Part shown: in pieces, positions 20,233-29,711 of the stretch
How positions within the stretch are numbered: the stretch's first letter is position 1
Layout: every line of letters begins with the position of its first letter
Source of the DNA: Escherichia phage vB_EcoM_JN03
Sequence record: OR885871
DNA length: 64,000 nt
Strand: one strand, 5' to 3'
Program-made: the position numbers and the translations under genes
The notes under the pieces: generated by a model
The model's database searches: none
What the model saw: only the letters and a program-made list of their open reading frames with translations
What the model was told of the DNA's origin: nothing

Positions 20233-20379
20233 AAGATTTCTTAGACAATCTAATTTTCAGTGTCTCGGTAAGCAAATCAAGATGCCACGGCATCGATTCA
20301 CTAATTTCAAATATGCTATAGCCGTGTGCCTTTAATTCGTCACACATCACAAAATAGGAGAGTAAATCAATTTCAAAAA

Positions 20380-21183
20380 TTAAATGAAAATCTCAGTGAC
20401 ACTGTTAAATTTGACTTCGTGTTCTTTCCCACACGAAGGGCATTTAATTTTTGTCGCGTAACGAATACGCGGAATCTTTTTAAAGAAATCATTCGAAATG
20501 TCCTGAACAATCTCAGATTCAATATTGTCCCCAACCCATTTGACAAATTCATCCTTAATGCGTTGGCGTTCTTTAGCAACTTCTGGATCGATACCAGGTT
20601 CAGCCGGATTTTCCACTTTCCAAACCTGACCATCGTCGTCATACAGGCAATCGATAAAGGTGGCAATCATTTGTTCAACAGAGGATGCTTCATTAAGCAC
20701 TGAGGCATCCGAGAAGGACGGCTGGCGCATCTTTATATGATAACCACCTGGTAGATCAAACGTCTCCCTGAAGCCTTCTGGAGACACGCATTTTACCTGA
20801 TTGAGCGGGATCGGTAACACAAGCTCTTGACCACAATCTTTAACACCAGAAACTGGTTCTTCACCTTCATTTGTGTCGGCTTGAACTTTATTGTTACATT
20901 TGTAACGTATCTTCATGACCTCGCCGATAGATATACAGCGCATCTTTAAAAATACTTCTTCAGTAACACCGATTGGCAGTTTACTAAAGGGAACGCCAGC
21001 ATCAACACAACTGTCAAATAGTTGCTCCAATGTTGCCACGCGCTCACTCATAGGAGTGTTCGGATCAGCAACCTGAAGTAACATGGTCTGTTGCCCTGCT
21101 GTAAAGGCGCGGTATTTGATCACAGTCGGCCAGAAATCACTTTTATGTGTTCTCTCAGTTTTGGGCAATGATGGTAAATTCAT
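20380..21183 (-). CDS. zinc-ribbon protein, probable late/structural gene
   Basis: C-terminal KCPSCGKEH; RBS GGAGA; TATAAATA box upstream. Confidence 0.4.
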   Translation of the reverse strand: MNLPSLPKTERTHKSDFWPTVIKYRAFTAGQQTMLLQVADPNTPMSERVATLEQLFDSCVDAGVPFSKLPIGVTEEVFLKMRCISIGEVMKIRYKCNNKVQADTNEGEEPVSGVKDCGQELVLPIPLNQVKCVSPEGFRETFDLPGGYHIKMRQPSFSDASVLNEASSVEQMIATFIDCLYDDDGQVWKVENPAEPGIDPEVAKERQRIKDEFVKWVGDNIESEIVQDISNDFFKKIPRIRYATKIKCPSCGKEHEVKFNSVTEIFI

Positions 21184-21212
21184 AATGTATCTCCACGGTA
21201 TATTGTAATTGT

Positions 21213-21220
21213 ATTTATAA
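21213..21220 (-). promoter_or_regulatory. T4-type late promoter-like box TATAAATA
   Basis: Exact TATAAATA on minus strand about 30 nt upstream of ATG at 21183. Confidence 0.4.
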
Positions 21221-21232
21221 CGAGGACTGAAA

Positions 21233-21757
21233 ATGCACGCGTTCTGTTTCAGTAAAGTGGGGGAGCAACTCGCAATTAATTATCCGGATGCAAACACGGA
21301 CTTTTTTGTATTACTCACAGATTTTGCAAATAAATTGGGGATAAAGAATGTCGCCATGACCGTGTCCGATATGAAATTCGGGTGGCTGGGAGTTAAAGAT
21401 TTATTGAATTATGGATTCAATGTGATTATCGTTGATCCAACGTACAGCCCAATTGAAGAGGATGATGTTATTCCGGTTTGGGTGCAACGAGATATTAACA
21501 CCCTGGACAAACACTATCCGGATTGTATCATCATCGGTGAATTAATACCGTATTTTCATAAACGTCGTCGTCTTGAAACAATTAAAAGTTATTTTCAAGA
21601 TAATGATTGTGGATATAAAATGGTTGTCCTTACGAGCGGTTGGGTTGTGAAGAATACCACAGGCAATGCCGACCGAATTACTTCTCGTCTTTATGAATAT
21701 GTTAAAGAACGGGATTATGAACTGGAGAACAATAATGCCAAACGTAGAACGCGCTGA
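21233..21757 (+). CDS. hypothetical protein
   Basis: ATG ORF; no motif. Confidence 0.4.
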   Translation: MHAFCFSKVGEQLAINYPDANTDFFVLLTDFANKLGIKNVAMTVSDMKFGWLGVKDLLNYGFNVIIVDPTYSPIEEDDVIPVWVQRDINTLDKHYPDCIIIGELIPYFHKRRRLETIKSYFQDNDCGYKMVVLTSGWVVKNTTGNADRITSRLYEYVKERDYELENNNAKRRTR

Positions 21758-22220
21758 TATTCAGCAGGTACAAGACGTCATCCTTCAACGCCTTCGCGCT
21801 GTGATCACAAATGAAAGGGGAGAAATTGCGCCAGGGTTTGAAGGCGCATTCGACGGTTTCGTTGCTGATGATCAGGGGAACCCCGTTGTACAAACGATCG
21901 CTGGCATGATTATGCTGAATAGCGAATTTATGGCTGATGGTAAAATCCATTATTCACCCAATCTCAGTGTTGACGGAGAATCTTTGGCTTCCGAAGTGGT
22001 TGATTTAACGGTTGCCGTTGGTGAGTTGGGTTATGTTTTGATGGTTTGCACCGCGCATTATGTGGACGCCAACGGCCATGTGTCATATGGTGATGAGGCG
22101 CGAGGGGTCAAACGTCATGTGGACACTTCTGCATTACTGCAACAGATACGTCAGATGCAAGAAGAAATGGACTCCAAACCTCGCCTGATTTTACCGGAAA
22201 GCAAAATCGTCACCAGATAA
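21735..22220 (+). CDS. hypothetical protein
   Basis: Start moved to in-frame ATG 21735; ORF-track start is upstream. Confidence 0.4.
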   Translation: MPNVERADIQQVQDVILQRLRAVITNERGEIAPGFEGAFDGFVADDQGNPVVQTIAGMIMLNSEFMADGKIHYSPNLSVDGESLASEVVDLTVAVGELGYVLMVCTAHYVDANGHVSYGDEARGVKRHVDTSALLQQIRQMQEEMDSKPRLILPESKIVTR

Positions 22221-22269
22221 TCCGGTCTAAATACCCATAACACAATGAAACTTCGTTATGGGTATTTTT

Positions 22270-22869
22270 ATGAAATTTTGCGGAATCGACTATTCTTACG
22301 GCTGTCCAGCCATGTGCTTCTGGGACGACAAAGATCCTCTGGATTTTGATCATCTTCATTTCTATGCACACCATACCGTTGAGAAGCACTGTCGTCAAGT
22401 GCGACACAATATTCTTATTTTACGTCAACCCAAATATGAATCCCCCGAAGAACGGTTTTATAACATTTCCAAATGGGCTGAAGCCGTACTTCTTACGGAG
22501 AAGCCGGATTTCATCACCCTAGAAGGCTATGCTATGGGGAATTCAAAAAACTCCAATAACATATGCCAAACCGCCGAGAACACATCTCTATTGAAACAAG
22601 CGATGCGCCGGAACAATATGGAATTTCAGATTGTTACCCCGTCTTTTGTTAAGAAACATTTTTGTGGTAAAGGAAATGCCGACAAATTGGTCATGATAGA
22701 TCACTTTGAGAAGCTGTTCAACGTTAAGATGCGCGGTATAATGGACATGTTGGACGTGAAGGATCCAAAGCCAATCGATGACCTCGTGGATTCGTTCGCA
22801 AATATGGTTTCTGGTCCTTACTTCATAGAAAATTATCCTGATTTCAATAGAGGTGTAAGAAATGATTAA
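22270..22869 (+). CDS. hypothetical protein
   Basis: Starts MKFCGIDYS; ATG 22258 lies in a hairpin arm, so ATG 22270 preferred. Confidence 0.35.
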   Translation: MKFCGIDYSYGCPAMCFWDDKDPLDFDHLHFYAHHTVEKHCRQVRHNILILRQPKYESPEERFYNISKWAEAVLLTEKPDFITLEGYAMGNSKNSNNICQTAENTSLLKQAMRRNNMEFQIVTPSFVKKHFCGKGNADKLVMIDHFEKLFNVKMRGIMDMLDVKDPKPIDDLVDSFANMVSGPYFIENYPDFNRGVRND

Positions 22870-23158
22870 CTACTGGCTGCTGGCAGATATACTGCTTTTC
22901 GCCTTGCTGTTGATGACGGCGTTTGTTTGGATTAAGGGATTCTTGACATTCCTTCATTCATTAAGTGCCATGGTATCTTTCTATGCGGTTTCGCCACATA
23001 GTGACGTCAATGTAAGAGCTGCAAATCAATCTGATATGTTGGCCGAATATGTTTTGCTGCGTGACAAAGCAATCAGGATTGTCCTGTTTTCTACGCTGGT
23101 GGGAGCAGTTATTATATTTCTACGACACGTATTGGAGGCGATTCATGCCGTTTTATGA
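22862..23158 (+). CDS. small membrane protein (two predicted TM segments)
   Basis: Hydrophobic segments LLADILLFALLLMTAFVWI and IVLFSTLVGAVIIFL. Confidence 0.4.
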   Translation: MINYWLLADILLFALLLMTAFVWIKGFLTFLHSLSAMVSFYAVSPHSDVNVRAANQSDMLAEYVLLRDKAIRIVLFSTLVGAVIIFLRHVLEAIHAVL

Positions 23159-23390
23159 TTATGCCTGTACAGGTTGTGGAAATTCGTTTAGTGCTCGAAA
23201 ATCTTGTGCTGAACGTCATACACCTGAATTAGAGCCATGTTCTGAATGTGGCGGTGAAATAAAAATGATTATTGGAGCACCAAAGATCGTATCTGGTGTT
23301 CGTGGTCCTCAGTCCGCGCCTGATGGCTTCAAAGACGTTTTGCGTCATATTAAGAAGCAATCAGGGAAGGGGAATACAATCGATGTCTGA
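23145..23390 (+). CDS. FmdB-type zinc-ribbon protein
   Basis: MPFYDYACTGCGN...CSECGG; RBS GGAGG before ATG 23145. Confidence 0.45.
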   Translation: MPFYDYACTGCGNSFSARKSCAERHTPELEPCSECGGEIKMIIGAPKIVSGVRGPQSAPDGFKDVLRHIKKQSGKGNTIDV

Positions 23391-23625
23391 TCAACAAATA
23401 GCACAAGTGCTCACACCAGATTCTTTTTCCGAATTGGTGTTGATGAGAGCAAGCCAACGCAAGGAATCAATCCTTGAAACGATGGCCAGTGTTTGTGAAG
23501 AGTATGACATCGAAGAAGCAAAGGTCAAAAAATTGATCACGCCTCCTCTTCTGTCAAGGCTAACAGCTGAATGTTCTGATGCTCGGTTGTTGAAGGGTGA
23601 ATTGAAATCTAAAAAACTCATTTAA
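23383..23625 (+). CDS. hypothetical protein
   Basis: ATG overlapping upstream stop. Confidence 0.35.
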   Translation: MSDQQIAQVLTPDSFSELVLMRASQRKESILETMASVCEEYDIEEAKVKKLITPPLLSRLTAECSDARLLKGELKSKKLI

Positions 23626-23634
23626 GGTTGTAAC

Positions 23635-23874
23635 ATGAGCAAAGAGCAAATCTATAAAATGTTGAAGGCGCAAGAGTATCTGCCAGGTTCTATCCGCTGG
23701 CGGCACGGTAGCCTCAATGAACATGCTGATGATATGGATCGTGTACGTTACACGACGCCGGAAGGTAAATCCTATGTCATCGAATACCATACATTCTTGG
23801 AAGGACACAAAACCTTCTCAGATGTGTACGACATTATTGAAATAGACCCAGCAAAACAAATGATTGCGGGTTAA
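23635..23874 (+). CDS. hypothetical protein
   Basis: Small ATG ORF. Confidence 0.35.
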   Translation: MSKEQIYKMLKAQEYLPGSIRWRHGSLNEHADDMDRVRYTTPEGKSYVIEYHTFLEGHKTFSDVYDIIEIDPAKQMIAG

Positions 23875-23898
23875 CTCAATAGCAAAACGCAGTATAAT
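23871..23898 (+). promoter_or_regulatory. sigma70-like promoter (TTAACT-16 nt-TATAAT)
   Basis: Hexamers with 16-nt spacer upstream of the SSB gene. Confidence 0.35.
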
Positions 23899-23970
23899 TA
23901 CACCGTCGGAATAATTGACAAATACATTTACAGAATAGCCCGAAGGGGCGGATTATAGAGGAATATTAAA

Positions 23971-25002
23971 ATGGGTAATTTATTTGATCGTCTTAAACAA
24001 TCTCGTGGCCAACAAGCCGAAGCTATGCAACAGCGACTCGCTCAGCAAGGCCAGCGTGTTGGTGGCGGTCGTGACCCGCGCATCTGGAAGTGGACCTGGA
24101 ATGACAAGGGTACTTCTGAAAACATCATTCGTTTCCTGCCGATCCCTTTGGTGGACATGAAGGCTCAAGAAGAAGGCACCATCCCTGAAGATGCTGTGTT
24201 AACTCCGTGTGCCATGATCATGAAACACGCATTCCAGGGCGCTGGTGGTTGGTATATCGAAAACTCTCCTCAGACTTTCGGTAACGATGATCCTGTTCGT
24301 GACCATGACCGTCCTCTGTGGGCACAACAGAAAGAAACGAATGATGAAAAGCTGAAAACAGTTCTCAAAAAACGTCTGCCGGACACCAAATACTACGCCA
24401 ACATCCTGGTGATCAAAGATGGTAACAATCCGGAAAACAACGGCAAGGTCTTCTTGCTTGAGTTCGGTAATGCCGTCAAGAAAATCCTGGATTCGGCTCA
24501 GAATCCTAAGTTCTCAACTGACCCTAAATTCGACCCGTTCGATATGTGGGAAGGCGCGAACCTGATTCTGAACCTCTTTGGTGAAGAGAAAGAGTTCGGA
24601 AACTGGAAAGGTCTGGTGGCTAACTTCACCAATGTGAAGTGGGATACTCCGGCACCTTTGGGGACAGACGAATACATTGAAGAGATCTGGGAAAAAGAAC
24701 ACAGTCTGTTTGAGTTCTTTAATCCGGCCAACTTCAAATCGTACGAAGATCTGGAAAAACGTTTGCGCAAAGTTCTGGCCATCCCTGACAATCAGCCTCT
24801 GGTTGAAGGTGGTGCTTCTACTATGGCACATGCGCCTACCCAGTCTCAGGAACCACAGCGCCCAACAGCGCAGGAAAGTCTGAACCAACAACAATCTCAG
24901 CCTTCTAATGCACAGCAATCTGTTCCAGCCAATAATGGTGGTGCCGATGCGAAACAGACGGCTACCATTGATGAGTTCGAGCAGTTCCTGAAGCAAGACT
25001 AA
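23971..25002 (+). CDS. single-stranded DNA-binding protein (T4 gp32-like)
   Basis: N-terminal region with IRFLP motif; acidic Q/S-rich C-terminal tail. Confidence 0.65.
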   Translation: MGNLFDRLKQSRGQQAEAMQQRLAQQGQRVGGGRDPRIWKWTWNDKGTSENIIRFLPIPLVDMKAQEEGTIPEDAVLTPCAMIMKHAFQGAGGWYIENSPQTFGNDDPVRDHDRPLWAQQKETNDEKLKTVLKKRLPDTKYYANILVIKDGNNPENNGKVFLLEFGNAVKKILDSAQNPKFSTDPKFDPFDMWEGANLILNLFGEEKEFGNWKGLVANFTNVKWDTPAPLGTDEYIEEIWEKEHSLFEFFNPANFKSYEDLEKRLRKVLAIPDNQPLVEGGASTMAHAPTQSQEPQRPTAQESLNQQQSQPSNAQQSVPANNGGADAKQTATIDEFEQFLKQD

Positions 25003-25011
25003 TTTCGCTAA

Positions 25012-25031
25012 AGCCCCTTCGGGGGCTTTTT
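25012..25031 (+). terminator. rho-independent terminator, probably bidirectional
   Basis: AGCCCC-TTCG-GGGGCT then TTTTT; sits between convergent genes. Confidence 0.6.
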
Positions 25032-26166
25032 AGTTTTTGACAACATCCTGTAACAATCCGAGTAAACTACTCTTCTCAGACGCCGTCAGGTTATCATTGC
25101 CTAAGATATCCCTCTGGATGCCGATAGAGATCCTTTCGAAATCAGCCAAGCTGATACCAGCCAGATTGTTTACAAGCTGATCGAGTTGCTTATAAGCCAG
25201 CAGGGCTTCACCTGTGAAGTTTCCTTCTTTGATCTTTTTATACAGCTGTCCGGCTTTTGACGCAGCGGTTTCCCAGTCTCCGGAAGCAAGAGCATCAGTA
25301 ATACCCAAAGGAAGAAAATCGCTGGCGAGGCTGCGCGTTTCATATTCAGTCTCCGATAATACTTTGTTATAAGAAAAGGAAATGTTGTACTGATTAAATT
25401 GATCGGCGGCGCTTTTATCCAGATCTATAGAACTGAAGTTGATGGGGTGAGCCTCAGTCACATAAACGCGATGAACAACCTGATCTTCTGTATCCATTTG
25501 CTCTATACAAATATCGGTCACGAAGTCTTCATAATAACCCATCTTGGTTGTGTATGGGTCGAATATCAGATTCTTCCATTTGTCCATGACCGACTTTTCA
25601 TAATAATCGTTGGCGAGGAGGAACGACAACTCCAGATCAATGTTCGTCTTGTTGTTCGGCATTTTAATGTGGTTGCCGTTGTTGGTCATGGGAGTAGTGT
25701 CAATCCCTGTACCAGGTAAAGATGCGACCATACACATCATTTGCAGGGAACGAGATGTTTGGTTTGTCCCTCCAAAGAATGCGTTTACAATACGGGCGCT
25801 TTGTTTGAATAAATCGCCGAATGAAGATGAAGGATATGCGTTCCCATCATTTGCTAGTGTTGCATTGGAATCAAATATTCCAGGCGGCAATGGAATTGTA
25901 ACACGAAATCTGTTCTTGCGGGAAATACCCCGTTGAAGCAGTTGCGTTAGAAAATTGCGATAGTCTTCCACGATGAGGACTCCATTTAAATAATATATCT
26001 GTTGATATTTATAAGGAGTTGACAAATGGCTAAGAACGCTATGGGTGAAGAAGACCCGTTGTTGCTTCCCGCCGAGATGGACGCCCCAGAACTGGTCAAG
26101 CGTTACATCCGCAAATATCGTCAACATTTTGGGCCGGAAGCGAAGCGTAATATCCGTCGTTCTCAT
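25030..26166 (-). CDS. hypothetical protein (start uncertain)
   Basis: Long minus ORF converging on the SSB terminator; in-frame GTG at 25971 with GGAG upstream is an alternative start. Confidence 0.4.
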   Translation of the reverse strand: MRTTDITLRFRPKMLTIFADVTLDQFWGVHLGGKQQRVFFTHSVLSHLSTPYKYQQIYYLNGVLIVEDYRNFLTQLLQRGISRKNRFRVTIPLPPGIFDSNATLANDGNAYPSSSFGDLFKQSARIVNAFFGGTNQTSRSLQMMCMVASLPGTGIDTTPMTNNGNHIKMPNNKTNIDLELSFLLANDYYEKSVMDKWKNLIFDPYTTKMGYYEDFVTDICIEQMDTEDQVVHRVYVTEAHPINFSSIDLDKSAADQFNQYNISFSYNKVLSETEYETRSLASDFLPLGITDALASGDWETAASKAGQLYKKIKEGNFTGEALLAYKQLDQLVNNLAGISLADFERISIGIQRDILGNDNLTASEKSSLLGLLQDVVKN

Positions 26167-26730
26167 GTGTGGTTTATGGAGCGCGTATCGAAAGATGCGA
26201 ACTTATCTCCGAATCACATGATGAAAGCATTCGCTGAAAATAAACGTCCTGTTCAGGGTGTGCGTTATATTGTTGGTCGCATGTATTATTTCAAATATGA
26301 TGCGCTGACTAAAGATGAACTCCCGTATTGGGATATGTATCCTCTGGTGTTCTTCTTCAATTTTGTGAAGGGGGATGGGGTGAAATTCGGTGAACGTGGT
26401 GTAACCTATCTTTATGGCCTAAACCTCCATTATTTACCGCCTAAACTCAGATTGTTGGTATTTGAAGATCTCATTAAATTGAGAAATGAACGGGCATATC
26501 GTTCTAAAACACGTTTGAGACTTACCTGGGATGCGCTAAAGCGGTTTGCGAATCACCCTTTGTACAATCATTGTGTGAAATTATACCGTGCAGATCAATT
26601 TCGTTCACAACTTTATGAAATTGAACCGCAATATTGGGAGGTCGTTTTGTTTATGCGTACTGCTCGATTCCAGAAACAGAGTCAGATGTCTGTTTGGAAG
26701 GACGCACGTCGTAAACACAAAAATGGTTAG
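26026..26730 (+). CDS. hypothetical protein
   Basis: RBS AAGGAG 9 nt upstream of ATG. Confidence 0.45.
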   Translation: MAKNAMGEEDPLLLPAEMDAPELVKRYIRKYRQHFGPEAKRNIRRSHVWFMERVSKDANLSPNHMMKAFAENKRPVQGVRYIVGRMYYFKYDALTKDELPYWDMYPLVFFFNFVKGDGVKFGERGVTYLYGLNLHYLPPKLRLLVFEDLIKLRNERAYRSKTRLRLTWDALKRFANHPLYNHCVKLYRADQFRSQLYEIEPQYWEVVLFMRTARFQKQSQMSVWKDARRKHKNG

Positions 26731-26791
26731 TTCTAAAAGCCGTTCTACGTGATAATTCGCGAACGGCTTTCTATAAACATGAGGTTATGAT

Positions 26792-27538
26792 ATGTCACAG
26801 CTACATCGTATTTTTGGTATTGAATTCAGTTCTAATTGCGTTCGCTATGATCGCACCCATAAAGATTCGGGTGGTAAAACCGGATATGAACTCGGTAGCC
26901 AGTTGGGATATTCCAAGGAACAATTGTTTAATCAGCACAGGCTGAATGAAACGGATCTTCTTAAGGTTATGGGTATTGAACTTGATTCCGAAGCCAGCTT
27001 GGATCTGGGCGACGAAATTCGTTTTGGCAAACCAGAAGCATTGGAATTCATTGAAGACTTCGTTTCTGGTTATACCCAGGCCGCTACGAACCGCCGCGCT
27101 GCTAATGATGCAGTGGGTAAATTCTACTTTGCGGCGAAATATCTTGCCGACAAACGTATACAGATGGAAGCGGAATTCAGTAAAGAAAATCTGAAAGCGG
27201 TTTTCGGCGAAGAAGGCGATTTCCGTTTAATGCCAGAATCTGGCACTGATTCAGCTCGTGATTTCTTTGAAAAACCATTTGTGGTCAAAGGCTGTAAAAT
27301 TCTTACCGACGAAGACCACGCTTTCGCAATCCATACTGAAGTCGTTTACAATGAAGAGAATTGCCTTGTTATTTCCAGATTGTTCAACAGTCTGTCATAT
27401 ACAGCGTATTCTTTGATTGAACGTTGTATGGAAGAAGAGCATCGTCAGGTAGTGGTGAACAAAATTCGCTTACATGTTGAGCAGAATTTTAACGGGTTTG
27501 GTTGTGAATCCGGCGAAATTCCTAATTTCTATCTGTAG
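26792..27538 (+). CDS. hypothetical protein
   Basis: ATG ORF with RBS. Confidence 0.45.
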   Translation: MSQLHRIFGIEFSSNCVRYDRTHKDSGGKTGYELGSQLGYSKEQLFNQHRLNETDLLKVMGIELDSEASLDLGDEIRFGKPEALEFIEDFVSGYTQAATNRRAANDAVGKFYFAAKYLADKRIQMEAEFSKENLKAVFGEEGDFRLMPESGTDSARDFFEKPFVVKGCKILTDEDHAFAIHTEVVYNEENCLVISRLFNSLSYTAYSLIERCMEEEHRQVVVNKIRLHVEQNFNGFGCESGEIPNFYL

Positions 27539-27555
27539 CACAAGCAGGGGGCTGT

Positions 27556-27843
27556 ATGAAGAAATATGTTCGCCTGAACACGGTACTGGAATCTGTAATC
27601 GAATATTTCATAATGCAGCACCTGAGAGCAGAAAATGATCATGTGAGCGATGCTTTGACTTATGACCACCGGATAGTGGTTCATTCCGTCGAAATAGTGG
27701 ACGACGAATTGTTGATTGCTAACATAGAACATGCTCTCTGGGATGAAGTGTTAGATCAGTATGTTCAACCGAAGTTCACACAGATCGAGTTGTCTGCCAT
27801 GTGGCCACCTGAAACAGTTTTCAATATTGATATACAAAGTTAA
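27556..27843 (+). CDS. hypothetical protein
   Basis: ATG ORF. Confidence 0.4.
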   Translation: MKKYVRLNTVLESVIEYFIMQHLRAENDHVSDALTYDHRIVVHSVEIVDDELLIANIEHALWDEVLDQYVQPKFTQIELSAMWPPETVFNIDIQS

Positions 27844-28016
27844 TATTCACGCCAGTCCGCGCTGATACAGCGTTCCGTTGTCTAACACAGAAGTGTTAAC
27901 CAACTTTTCAATAAAAAGTGGTTTACATCTTCTAAAAAGGCAGTATATTAATGTTCCAGACGCACAGTTGAACATTAGACTGCCAAAGAAGGTTACTACA
28001 CAAAAGGGTTTTTATT

Positions 28017-28976
28017 ATGTCCTATATTCTTCATATCGAGTCCGGCCTGAAATTTGAAATTGATGGTAAAACCGCTGCTGATCTTCAAGCAGAAATCAAA
28101 GGTGCAGACCTTATCATTGGCAATGTAACATTACGCCGTATGATGGAAGGCGTCCTCCAGTCAGCCAACGGCTTTGAACTCATTGAAGGTCTGAGCCAGG
28201 AAGAGAAAGAAGAAACTCTCGAAGCTCTTGACCGCGCTGAAGCCGAAAAAGTTAAACCGACCGAAGATGCGGGGGTTAAACAGGGCGACGGTGAATCAAA
28301 TCCGGTGATTGACGCCGAAGAAACGGTTGGGCAACCTGTCGGTGATCAAAATTCCCAGACCGTCGAAGACGGTTCTCTTGAAGTCAACAAAGACGGTTCC
28401 ATTTCCCTGGTAGTTGAAGGCGAAGAAGTTCTTGACGAAGAAGCGCAAGCCCGTGCTGAAGAAGTTCGCCGTCGCATGCTGGGCACAACCGTTGCTGAAG
28501 CAATCGCCGACGTTGAAAATCCGAAGGATGATCAGGCTTTAGCGAACGCGAAGGCGGTTCTGGCCAAGAAATCTTCTGAAATGCGCCCTGCATCTTCTAC
28601 CGAAGAACGCAAGCGTCGTCATAACAAGCGTGAAGAAATGGTTGAAGCGGCTCGCGCATCCAATTATGGTCCTATCCTGGCTGCGGTTGAATCGGGGGTT
28701 GTGCCTGGGGTTTATTTGAGCTATGTGAATCCGGATATGCGCTGGTTCCAGTTCCCTGTTACCGAATTGGCAGATGAAGCCAATCCACACGCCCGCACCA
28801 ATACTTATGTTGATCTGGCGCCGATCGTTTCCGGCGGCTGGGGGTTCAGTCTGTATGTGAATGGTAAATCATTCACCAAACGCCAGAAAATCAAAGAAAC
28901 TGATGCCGAATCTCTGGTGAAAGCAATCAATGAATGGTTACCACAGGCGTTGGCCGAAGCGAAAGCTGCTGCGTAA
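28017..28976 (+). CDS. acidic hypothetical protein
   Basis: 319 aa, D/E-rich; followed by terminator. Confidence 0.45.
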   Translation: MSYILHIESGLKFEIDGKTAADLQAEIKGADLIIGNVTLRRMMEGVLQSANGFELIEGLSQEEKEETLEALDRAEAEKVKPTEDAGVKQGDGESNPVIDAEETVGQPVGDQNSQTVEDGSLEVNKDGSISLVVEGEEVLDEEAQARAEEVRRRMLGTTVAEAIADVENPKDDQALANAKAVLAKKSSEMRPASSTEERKRRHNKREEMVEAARASNYGPILAAVESGVVPGVYLSYVNPDMRWFQFPVTELADEANPHARTNTYVDLAPIVSGGWGFSLYVNGKSFTKRQKIKETDAESLVKAINEWLPQALAEAKAAA

Positions 28977-29004
28977 TTTAATTCAGAAGCGTTCAATAGA
29001 TAAA

Positions 29005-29037
29005 GGGGCTGCTATAATAGCAGCTCCTTTTGTTTAT
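29005..29037 (+). terminator. rho-independent terminator
   Basis: GCTGCT-ATAAT-AGCAGC hairpin then TTTTGTTT. Confidence 0.5.
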
Positions 29038-29048
29038 TGGAGCATGTC

Positions 29049-29711
29049 ATGTCTTATTCGCTCAAAGGGCTGTTGAAGCGCCCTGTGCATTTGTTTGTCA
29101 AACCACCTGCTGTAGAAGGGGAATATTCGGCACGAGGAGAGTTGTATTACATTAAAGGCTCCAATGGTAGTGGTAAGTCTACTGTGCCTTCTTATTTGGC
29201 GGAGAATGATCCTCAGGCGTATGTCGTAACCCATAACAGTAAGATCATGCTCACGGTTTGTCCATCTTACAATATTGTCTGTGTCGGTAAATATGACAAG
29301 TCTAAGTCCAAAGGGGTTGATTCTCTGAAGGATACTGAGCAGATGTTGTTCGCGTTGTCTATTGCTGACCAACCAGAATACCTGAAATATGATGTGATTT
29401 TTGAAGGCATCATTCCGTCTACATTATTGAGTTCTTGGATTCCCCGCCTGACACGCCCACCACGTGAATTGGTCGTCCTCTTTATGGATACCCCTCTTGA
29501 AACCTGTATTGCCCGTGTTAAATCGCGTAACGGTGGCGCAGACTTCAATGAAAGTCTGGTGGTCGAGAAGTGGGAGAGAGTTCATGATCACCGTCAACGG
29601 CATAAAGGCTTGTTCCCTACCGTTCCCGCAGGTATGATGAAGTCCGATGGCCTGACTGTAGAGCAGGCTGTTTTTGCGTTTCTCAATCGTGATTTTGGGA
29701 GTATTGATTGA
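29049..29711 (+). CDS. P-loop kinase-like protein
   Basis: Walker A GSNGSGKST and Walker B-like VIFEG; RBS GGAG before ATG 29049; stop overlaps next start. Confidence 0.5.
   Translation: MSYSLKGLLKRPVHLFVKPPAVEGEYSARGELYYIKGSNGSGKSTVPSYLAENDPQAYVVTHNSKIMLTVCPSYNIVCVGKYDKSKSKGVDSLKDTEQMLFALSIADQPEYLKYDVIFEGIIPSTLLSSWIPRLTRPPRELVVLFMDTPLETCIARVKSRNGGADFNESLVVEKWERVHDHRQRHKGLFPTVPAGMMKSDGLTVEQAVFAFLNRDFGSID

Noticed and set aside
20326-20703. 125-aa plus-strand ORF
   Set aside because: Antisense to the RBS- and promoter-supported minus-strand gene 20380-21183; no RBS of its own.
22270-22869. RuvC-like resolvase call based on the N-terminal GIDYS
   Set aside because: Only one short motif; downstream catalytic acidic residues could not be placed, so it is left as hypothetical.
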